A stretch of DNA of 35,600 nt, from NCBI RefSeq assembly GCF_004010195.1, contig NC_057746.1, forward strand, positions 33,192,074-33,227,673, in the 5' to 3' direction. Shown here piece after piece: positions 1 through 10,800 of the stretch. The DNA comes from Chiloscyllium plagiosum (lineage: Eukaryota). The position numbers and the translations under genes are program-made. How positions within the stretch are numbered: position 1 is the first letter of the stretch; each line of letters begins with the position of its first letter. The notes under the pieces are model-generated. The model was given only the letters and a program-made list of their open reading frames with translations, searched no databases and was not told the DNA's origin.

Positions 1-1422
1 GGGGTAGTGAGGGTGACGGGGTGGTATTTGTAAGGGGTAGCAAGGTGGAGGTTACCATTATGGGGTAATGAGGTGGAGGTTACCATTATGGGGTAGTGAG
101 GTGGAGGTTACCATTATGGGTTAGCGAGGTGGAGGTTACCATTATGGGTAGCAAGGTGGAGTTTACCATTATGGGGTAGTGAGGTAGAGGTTACCATTAT
201 GGGGTAGCGAGGTAGAGGTTACCATTAGGGGGTAGTGAGGTGGAGGTTACCATTATGGGTTAGCGAGGTGGAGGTTACCATTATGGGGTAGCAAGGTGGA
301 GTTTACCATTATGGGGTAATGAGGTGGATGGTTACCATTATGGGGTAGTGAGGTAGAGGTTACCATTATGGGGTAGCGAGGTAGAGGTTACCATTAGGGG
401 GTAGCGAGTTGGAGGTTACCATTAGGGGGTAGCGAGGTGGAGGTTACCATTATGGGGTAGTGAAGTACAGGTTACCGTTATGGGGTAGTGAGGTCGAGGT
501 AACCATTATGGGGTAACGAGGTAGAGGTTACCATTATAGGTAGCTATGTGGATGTTACCATTATGGGGTAATGAGGTGGATGGTTACCATTATGGGGTAG
601 TGAGGTAGAGGTTACCATTACGGGGTAGTGAGGTAGAGGTTACCATTACGGGGTAGTGAGGTAGAGGTTACCATTATGGGGTAGTGACGTTGAGGTTACC
701 ATTATGGGTTAGTGAGGTGGAGGTTACCATTATGGGTTAGTGAGGTAGAGGTTACCATTATGGGGTAGTGACATTGAGGTTACCATTATGGGTTAGTGAG
801 GTGGAGGTTATGAGGTAGAGGTTACCATTATGGGGTAATGAGGTAGAGGTTACCATTATGGGGTAGTGAGGTAAAGGTTACCATTACGGGTTAGTGAGGT
901 AGAGGTTACCATTATGGGGTAGCAAGGTGGAGGTTACCATTATGGGGTAGTGAGTTAGAGGTTACCATTACCCTTCTGATGGGGCACCGCTGATCCCCCT
1001 ACCCATCGAGGTGTGAAATACTGACCATACCCCCGCTTGACACAAGAGGTTACCATTATGGGGTAGTGAGTTAGAGGTTACCATTATGGGGTAGTGAGTT
1101 AGAGGTTACCATTATGAGGTTATGAGGTAGAGGTTACCATTATGGGGTAGTGAGGTAGAGGTTACCATTATGGGGTAGCGAGGTAGAGTTTACCATTATG
1201 GGGTAGTGAGGTAGAGGTTACCATTACGGGGTAGTGAGGTAGAGGTTACCATTATGGGGTAGTGAGTTAGAGGTTACCATTATGGGGTAGTGAGGTAGAG
1301 ATTACCATTATGGGGTAGCAAGGTGGAGGTTACCATTATGGGGTAGTGAGTTAGAGGTTACCATTATGGGGTAGCGAGGTGGAGGTTACCATTATGGGGT
1401 AGTGAGGTAGAGGTTACCATTA
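1..1422. repeat. 28-bp G-rich minisatellite (consensus GGGGTAGTGAGGTAGAGGTTACCATTAT)
   Basis: Unit read directly with a 28-nt period (TACCATTAT at 81 and 109). Interrupted at ~971-1045 by a non-repeat block that recurs at ~1423-1497. Confidence 0.97.
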
Positions 1423-1525
1423 CCCTTCTGATGGGGCACCGCTGATCCCCCTACCCATCGAGGTGTGAAATACTGACCATACCCCCAGCTTGACACAGTT
1501 TGCATGTCCCATCACGTTGGGGCAT

Positions 1526-1848
1526 TTACCTTATCTGGAACCGTTTCTTTAACGGGCTGGTGAGAGACTCATGTCTGACCTCACACATGTACGTCTGAGT
1601 GCGGTCCACATCCACCAAGGCAATGGTCATCTGACTGACTGTACTGTAGGTGCCACTCACATCCCTCACTACTGGGAAGTTGGTCACACTGCCCGGAACT
1701 TGCAAACCCCTCTCCGTTCTCCAGTTCACGTAGATTCCAGCGGGGTAGAACCCTGATATAAAACACGCCAACGTCACAGTATGTGGCCGCCGGGAGTCAC
1801 TGGTCTGAACCTTGATGGGAGTTACCGTCGGTTGGAGGAAAATAAATT
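1526..1848 (-). CDS. Exon 5, C1-set Ig domain 3 with stop codon (or spliced at 1530)
   Basis: Acceptor TCTCTGCCTGTAACAG|. Motifs: VTLACFISGFYPAGIYVNW, GTYSTVSQM, TYMCEVRHESLTSPLKKRFQIR*. TAA at 1528-1526 overlaps the donor-like AG|GTAAAT. Confidence 0.92.
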
Positions 1849-4800
1849 CTGTTACAGGCAGAGATAAAATATTTCAATCAACAGACATTTTCCCTCAAGG
1901 TCACCACAGCCATTAACTCTACCTGAGCATTTTTACTGACCCACGGGACCTGGTTGTGTTCACAAAAGTACAATCAGCCAGAGACATGTTTCCCTCATTG
2001 AGTGGACAGAACAGGATCGCTCTGGCTGCCTGTCACATACCCAACAGTTACAGGACGTGAGTGTACAAATATCTAGTGGAACATGTAACAGGCGGTCAGT
2101 GCCTGAGAATGAAAGCAGATCAGTGCCTGACTATGCGAGGGATCATGTCACAGGCAGGTAATGCCTGAATATGAGAGGAGTTTTTAACTGGTGGTCAATG
2201 TACAAATATAGGTAATTTTTCTCAATTGTCTGAGATGCAATTCAATCTGATTGTTAGAACCAAATCAGTTGAACTAACAGTAATTTCACACGATCTAAAA
2301 CAGCTCTTGGTTTATATATTTGGTAACTTGAACTTGCTCACACACCATGTCTCTGATACCTGTGTGCCGACCACCTGTTCTCTGTTACCTTGATACCTTT
2401 ACATTTACTCCAAGTTCTATCCTGATATCTGTAAATTTATTATCTGTTCTTCACCAACACCCCCGATACTTATGCATTTACCACCTGTTCTCCATTATCC
2501 TGATACCTGTACGTTTACCGCCTTTTCTACTTTATCCAGATACCTGTACATTTAATGCCTGTTTTCCATTATCCGGATACTTGTATATTTATGGCCTTAT
2601 CATAGAATCCCTACAGTGTGGAAATAGGCCCTTCATCCCAACCAGTCCACACCACCCCTCCAAAGAGTAACCCACCCAGATCCATTCCCCCTACCCTATA
2701 TTTACCCCTGACTAATGCACCTAACCCTAAACACTGGGCAATTTATCATGGCCAATCCACCTAACCTGCACATCTTTGGACCGTGGGAGGAAAGTGGAGC
2801 ACCCGGAGGAACCCATACAGACATGGGGAGAATGGGCAAACTCCACACAGACAGTCGCCTGAGGCTGGAATGGAACCCAGGGTCCCTGGTGCAGTGGTAA
2901 CCACTGAGCCACCGTGACCCCCTGTTGTCCATTTCTTTGATATCTATGTCTATTCTCCTCTCCCTGTGTTTCTATGCACTGATCACCTGTTATCCTTCCA
3001 TCCCCCACCCGATTTGAGGTCGCTGCAGGTGTATTCAGGAATCGAGTTGGAGAAGTATTGATTGAATGGCCTAATTGAGGATGAACATATGGTTGGTTTG
3101 CAATGGACCAGTGAGGGGGTGAATAGAAAAATCACCAAACAGAGCTGCCTTACCCCGGGTTTTATTGATGGTTTGGATGATGCTGTCTGGAACTGAGACA
3201 TGCTGAATCTCACACGAGAAAAGTGCGCCCTGATTCCACATCTGCTCGGATGTGGTCAGCTCACTCTGGGAGGAGTAGGTGCCGTTTATATTGAGAACGG
3301 GCGGGTAGCTCTTGATGTTGTCGACCACCGGATTGCTGTTGATGAACCAGCGGAAAGAGATCTCCGCTGGGTAGAAGCCGGTTGCTAGGCAGACCAGGGT
3401 TGCCGTCTGCTTTGTGATGAGCTCCTGTAAGGTTGGTGACAGGAGATACAGCATCGGCTCCATGGGGTACCGCTCTGTAGAACAATCACAAGCGAGTCAG
3501 TCTCAGAGTAAAGTGGCAAATCAACAAGGCATTCTGGTAAGAAAGGCCAGCCTAGGAGACTCACACTGAAATCCAGTGGCGCCTAGCAACATGAGGTTAC
3601 CATTACCACAGGGCCAGCAGCAATGGGCTACCTGGTATCACCTGATCCTCTGACATTGCACGGTCTCGGTCATGCCATAGTAATGTTCCTACCTCTGAGC
3701 CAGGGCACCCAAGTCCAAGTCCCAACTGCTCCAGGGCTATGTCATAATATTCCTGGACAGGTGGATTAAAAAGTATTGTTGACAGTTTAAATGATTCACC
3801 ACCTTAACATCTCAGTTTTAACCATTTAGGTGCTGTCTTTTAAGGGTATCCATTTGATTATTTTCCCATGACAGTGTCAAGTTGTTCCGGGAATTACTCC
3901 AGTACCTGAGATCCGTTCCCTTTCCCTGGATTGCCCTCTTTGCGAGGAAAGTAGTTTTTGAATGCATTCATGAGATACAACCATTGCTGGTAAGGGTGGC
4001 ATTTATTGTCCTGAGAAGGTGGAGGGGGTAATGAGCTGCCTTCTCAAATTTGTCGCGGTCCTTGGGATATGACGACACACAGTGCTGTTTGGAAGGGAGT
4101 TTCCTGATTTTGACCCAGTGACACTGAAGGAATGGCAATATACTTCCAAGTCTGATTCCAGGACCACTGTATGAAGGGAGACTGGATCTGTTAGGACTTT
4201 ATTTCACTGGAGTTCAGAAGGCTGAGGAGTTATCTCGTTGAAAGTTATAAAATTCCACCAGGACTAGACAGGGTAAATGCAGAAGGATGTTCCTAATGTC
4301 CAGGGGTCTGGACCAATGGGTCACACTTTAAAACTATGAGGCAAACCATTCCGGGCTGAAGTTCGGAGAAATGTCTCCACCCAGAGACTGGGGAGGCTGT
4401 GGAATTCTTTGCCTCCGAAAGCAGGTGAGGTAAAAAAGACTGAATGTTCTCAAGAAGGTTTGTGGCTAAAGAGATTAAAGAGTCAGAGAGTCATGGAGAT
4501 GTGCAGCATTTGTCCAACCCATCCATGCCGACCAGATATTCCAACCCAATGTAGTCCAACCTGCCAGCACCCGGCTCATATCCCTCCAAACCCTTTGTAT
4601 TCATATACCCATCCAGATGCCTTTTAAATGCTGGTCACACTTTAAAACTATGAGGCAAACCATTCCGGGCTGAAGTTCGGAGAAATGTCTCCACCCAGAG
4701 ACTGGGGAGGCTGTGGAATTCTTTGCCTCCGAAAGCAGGTGAGGTAAAAAAGACTGAATGTTCTCAAGAAGGTTTGTGGCTAAAGAGATTAAAGAGTCAG

Positions 4801-7800
4801 AGAGTCATGGAGGTGTGCAGCATTGGTCCAACCCATCCATGCCGACCAGATATTCCAACCCAATGTAATCCAACCTGCCAGCACCCGGCTCATATCCCTC
4901 CAAACCCTTTGTATTCATATACCCATCCAGGTGCCTTTTAAATGCTATAATTGTACCAGCTTCCACCCACTGCCTCTCATAACTCATTCCATACACGCAC
5001 CACCCTCTGTGTAGAAAGGTTGCCCCTTAAGTTTCTTTTATATCTTTCCCCTCTCACCCTAAAACTATGCCCTCTAGTTCTGGACTCCCCCAACCCAGGG
5101 AGAAGACTTTGTCTATTTATCTATCCACACCCTTCATGATTTGATAAACCTTTATGAAGTCACCCTTCAGCCTCCTTGCTCCAGGGAAAACAGGATCAGC
5201 CTATTCAACCTCTGCCGATAGCACAAATCCTCCAACCCTGGCAACATCCAAGCTAGCAGGAACAGGGTATTGAGTGGGATGACCAGCCATGATCATATAA
5301 AATGGCACGGCAGTTCGAAGGGCTTTTTGGAGCTTTTTCCTGCTCCAATGTTTGACTGGCTCGGATGGAAACATGCAGGGAACGCTGTTCCCATGGATTT
5401 GCTGCCCTCGTCCTTCGAGATTAGATTAGATTACTTACAGCGTGGAAACAGGCCCTTTGGCCCAACAAGTCTGCACCCACCCTCCGAAGAGCAACCCACC
5501 CAGACCCATTCCCCTACATTTACCCTTCACCTAACACTACAGGCAATTTAGCATGGTCAATTCACCTCACCCACACATTTTGGACTGTGGGAGGAAACCG
5601 GAGCACCCGGAGGAAACCCACGCAGACACGGGGAGAATGTGCAAACTCCACACAGACAGTTGCCTGAGGTGGGAATTGAACCTGGGTCTCTGGCACTGTG
5701 AGGCAGCAGTGCTAACCACTGTGCCACCGTGCCACCCACAGTGTTCGTGGGTTTGGCATTGATGGTGGAGGGAGTGGATGGGAAGGTGGTGCCAATCGAG
5801 TGGGCTGCTTTGTCCTGACACACTGGCTCTTGACAGGCTGAGTCAATGTTTGCATTGACCTGATACCCAGGTGTGGGATGAGGGATGTGGGAAATTGGAT
5901 TGGGGAGAGAGTGGGTAATAGTGAAGTGTGGGCACTGGTGCTGTTTGGAATGGGCTGCTTGAAGTCAGTGAAATTGGAGTGAGTCGGTGCATCTGGAGAG
6001 AAATACATTTGCTAGAATCAGTAAAAAGCGAGGGACCTACCAGCATTACTTATGTGCTTGGTGATGGGTGAAGGCAGTGCCCCATGGGATACTTGGCAGC
6101 TGATAATCGATCCTTTGACCCACTGGGATGTATCGATCACCAGCTTACTGATGGCAGTGTAAGTGCCGTTGTCTCCTAACAGTGAAGCAGACTGCGAGAT
6201 TCCCCTGTGAACCTGGTCCCCATCGACACGCCAGGAGAAGGAGAGGTCATCTGGATAAAAGTTTTCTCCCACGCAGAGCAGCGAGATGTTCTTTTGGAGA
6301 AAGATATCCTCAGGGTGTGGGTTTTGGAAATAAACCAATGGAGGAGATGCTGAGGGAGCTGAAATGGAAATGAATCTGTTACTTAGCGACTCAACACCGG
6401 CCTGATACTGATATCACCAGATTCACTGTGCCAGGCTCGGACACCTCTGCCATGTTCAAAGGTGGTAAGGCATTAGCCTGGTGGCCTAGGGAACCAAAGT
6501 GCAGCTTGGTATGGCACAGGAGACCTCCTGGGATTGGGAGTGCTGTCACCCGGGCACAGCTGGAAGGATGTAACAGTGAGAGATACTGATTCAGAGTGGG
6601 CACACTCCATTCATTCCTGGGACAAGGAAGTTAGACAATGAGGAAAGGATGGGACAGACGAGGTCTGTAACGTTGGAGTTAGAAGAATGAGCGGCGATCT
6701 TATTGAAGAGTTGGAGGTGAACTGGGAGAGGTGCCTATCCGGAGGAGTAGGGCTGGGGTAAACCAGAACCTGGGAGACACTTGAGGAGAATTTCCTCTCT
6801 TGGCTGGTGCTGACTCTGTGGAGCTCTCTTCCCCAGAGAGTAGCAGAGGCTGGGTCCTTGAATAGATTTGAGGCTGAGTGACTGTAAGATAGATCAGCGT
6901 GTCAGTGATTGGGGGGGGGGTGCAGGGGTGTAGGGAAAGGGATTTGAGGTTCAGATGACAGCTGGATGGGCCATGTTCGTACTGGCAAGTGTAGCAGGCT
7001 CAATGAGTTCGAATAGCCTGCTCCCACTCCCATGTCCTGTGTTTCTCATTGACGCAGTGGCTCAATGTTCCCGGATAATCAGAAGGCAGGGGATTAGCTC
7101 ATAGTTCCAGTCCTGAGCATTGCCCAGTGATCTACCCTAAAAACTGTTTAATGGTGGGTTGGTGAAAATGGCCAGGTCAGATTGGAATATCAGGCCCGTT
7201 TAAATAGGACCAGGAGTTGACATTTCACTAAACCCCTCCTGGGTGTTCTCACCGGTCAGAACACCACCCACCCCCACCACCACCACCATCACCGTGTCAG
7301 CCTGTATCCCCAGGAGTCCAGGAGAGCCAGAAGTGACTAAATTGCAACATACAAGATCTTGAGGGGCCTTGACCAGGGTGGGTGTGGACAGGACGTATCC
7401 TCTTGTGAGAGAATGTAGAACTCGGGGTCAGAGTTAACAATACGGGGGCGCCCATTTAAAACCGAGAGAGGAAAGGATTTGATACAAAATGTTTAAGTAT
7501 CTTTAAGGCAGAGGAGATAAAGATTATCAGGGATTATGCAGGAATGTAGAGCTAAGGTCAAAATCAAATCAGCCAAAGTGTTTGTCTATCGGTCAGGTCA
7601 CGAGCTAACATACCACTGCAGTAAGGGGCTGATTTGGGAACTGCTCTGCAGCTAATGTAGGTAGGTTGAAAGTTTAAAGTGCACTTCCTGAGGGGTGTTC
7701 ACACAAAGTTAGGCTGATTCACCCTCTGAAAGGTATTCTGAAACGTCACTGGGTACAGACATTCAGGACAGCAGGGGGAAGGGTTGTCTTTGTACAGGTG

Positions 7801-10800
7801 CAGAGCCAATTCAATGCAGAGCCAATTCGGTATTCCCTGGCCCTGGGTCTGTTTTGCAGCCAAACAGGAAAATAAAGTGTACTCAGTCAGAGGCCTATGT
7901 GATCAACTCTGAGATCAGCTTGGCATTAAAAAGGTACTTGTTCTCATTGCTCAGTCCTTTGAGTATAGGAGTTGGGAAGTCATGTTGAGGTTGGACAGGA
8001 CATTGGTGAGGCCTCTTCTGGAATACTGTATCCAGTTCTGGGTGTCCAGTTATAGGAAGGGTGTTATTAAGCTGGACAGGGTTCAGAAGAGATTTACCAG
8101 GATGTTGCTGGGTATGGAGGGCTTGAGTTATAAAGAAAGGCTGGATAGGCTGGGAGTTCTTTCACCGGAGCATAGGAGGTTGAGAGGTGACCTGATAGAA
8201 GTTTATAAAGTAATGAGAGGTGAAGATAGAGTTCGTGGTAGTTGTCTTTTCCCTACGATGGGGGATTTCAAGATGAGAGGGTGCATTTTTAAGGTGAGAG
8301 GAGAGAGATTTAAAAAAGACATAGGGACAAATTTTTTTACACAGAGGGTGGTTTGTGTGTGGAATGAACTTCCTGAGGAAGTGGTGGATGCAGAACAGTA
8401 ACAATGTTTAAAAGTGTTTGGATAAGGACATGAATAGGAAAGGTTTGGAGGGATATGGGCCAGGAGCAGGCAGGTGGGACTAGTTTAGTTTGGGATTATG
8501 GTCAGCATGGACTGGTTGGACCGAAGGGTCTGTTTCCATGCTGTATGACTGAATCTGAATATTGGCCAGGCGAACCCTGTCCACAGGTAGGAAGGAGCCT
8601 AAAGGACCAGGCTGCAGCGATGGGATAGACAAGGTTTGAAGGCTGGCACCCTTGACCAGGCAATACCACTTTCCACTCCCAATTTGACACTGCCCCAGTG
8701 GATTATATACTGAGGTTTTGTTAGACAGCAAGGTGTATAGAGAGACCAGGTCAAAAACTGACCTACCGGCTTTTACAGTGAGCGTGACTCCACATCCGCT
8801 CCAGTCTGTGCTGAATGGGAAGTAAGTGTTGGAGCTGCCACAGTAATATCTGGCTGAGTCCTCCTGTTGGAGGCCTTTTATTGTCAGTGAGAACTTCTGG
8901 CTGGTCCAGTCTTTGGAGCCAATGAAGCGATCGCTTACCACGGACGGGTAAAGAGCAATGCTCGATCCTGGCGTCCAGTAAAGAATCCACGAGATCATGA
9001 GATCCCCCGGCTTGGCGGATCCCCAGATGAGGTAATAATTATCCACAGTCCTGGTGGTGAAACAATTCAACGTCACTGTTTCATTTTCCCAACGACTCAG
9101 AGATATGGGCGAAATATAGAGAGTGTCATCAGCTGCCAAAGGACCTGCAAGGCAAAAAAAACCCACACTCATGAGTCAGCTCTCTGTCAATCAGATTTAA
9201 AGTCATTTGCAAGAGTGTGAAAGCTGAATGGTTTGTTTTAATGCATTGAGTTACAGAAGGTGTTGTATTTATACACCGTGTGTTTCACAACCATCAGGTC
9301 TTATCCAAGAACTTGATAGCAATGGGCTTCTGGACTGAGCCATACCCTGTAGAAACTTCTCCTGAACATATCTTAGGAACCCATGGTCCTCTCTCCTTTA
9401 TGCTGTCTACATTTGGATAATTGCATTTCATCTGTCATTTCCTTGCAGATTTCTCTATACCTTTCCCATTGTCGGTCCCCTGTAGAATACACCACGTAAT
9501 GTTACGATGCAGTTATTGTCTCCGAGCTCTAACTAAACAGATTCTGTCCTTGATGTCTCTGGGATAACCCTCTATCCAACACTGTCATGTCCAGACTTAC
9601 CTTCCTTTCTGCTTTCATCCTGTCCCATTTTTCCTGAACTCCTTATACCCAGGAATCTTTAACTCCCAGTCCTGCCTCTCTCTGATTCAGGTCTCCATTG
9701 TTGTCCCACCATCAGATTTCAATGGGTCTAACTGTCCCTGTAACCTGGGGATCTTGTTTATCACACACTATTCATGTGCAGCAAACTGAGTCTGGTGTAT
9801 TCCACTCCCTTTCACTGTGACCTCCATCTTGTACATGATGGAGGTAAAGGTAAAGATACTCCTTTAGTTTTACCTCTACCAAATCTCTGTGTACATTTCA
9901 CCTCTGACATTACCTCCTGATCTGCCCATCACTGTGGTGTTTGTTTAAGCCCTACCTGCGAAGCAAGCTGACCCTACAAGGAGATCGATGCTGCTTCTCT
10001 CAGGAGTGAACTGTCAGGCCTGAGCTGACCCCAACAGCCAATGAACCCAAAATCCTCCCTCCTGCATTTGCTCTCTGCACAGTCTTCCCACTGCTGCACG
10101 CACTGGTACCTTCGCACTGGGGGGTGTCCCACAGATTATTCCTTTTGAACTCCAATTTGTTCCTTTTTCCCCAGCTCCCTGGGCTCTGCCCTCATCCTGC
10201 TTTCTGGGGGGAATTGGGAAAGGTCTAGAGGGACAAATTTGCAAGAAAATGATAGGACTAGAATAAGCAGAGGGAATAATGCACTTGAAGTATCCGAATA
10301 TAGAGACTGGTATAATGCCAGCAGAAAGCTTCCTGAAGTGTATTCGGGAGAGTTTTCTGTAGAGTATGGGCTTCAGTCCACTGTGGACTGAGACTCTGCT
10401 GTGTCTGGTTCTGGTGAACAAGATGAAGATATGGAATGGAATTGCAGAATGGTTCCGGTGGTTACTCGGCCCAGTTTTTCCATGTGGGCCTTCCGCGACA
10501 GGAATGTAGCTTGGCCCATTCCCCCCAGCTTACCCCCAAACTACTGCAATTTTATTTTCTCTTTGGTTAATTGTCCAATTCTCTCTCGAAAGCTGACAGT
10601 ACGACAAATGCCCCAATCGTCCAGGCACCAACTACTGACTCTGAGCTTGAGCGAGGGTCAGAAATGAGATTCTAACCCCGAGCCACATCCGGAAGCAGTG
10701 TAGGGGGAGCTAATATCGTGCTGGAGCTCCTCCTCCCCCTCCCCCCACACTGTCTCTGCTCCCCATTCAGTGAGCCCCATTATGTTTGTTGGTTGGGGGT

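Noticed and set aside
1-1422. Ig class-switch-like region
   Set aside because: It lies 3' of the last C exon, is C-rich on the gene's sense strand, and is poor in AGCT motifs.
5660-5737. tRNA genes
   Set aside because: The A/B boxes are SINE heads continuous with SINE body and LINE-like tail in four copies.
8839-8845. Cryptic RSS heptamer TACTGTG at the YYC codons
   Set aside because: Explained by Tyr-Cys-Gly codons, with no nonamer at 12 or 23 bp.
8480-9172. The 230-aa ORF as a stand-alone single-exon protein
   Set aside because: Strong splice sites bound the V domain at 9144 and 8767. The ORF extensions are intron and antisense CR1 UTR.
10014-10421. 135-aa minus-strand ORF in the leader-V intron as an extra exon
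   Set aside because: No recognisable domain, and the leader and V exons already join in frame.
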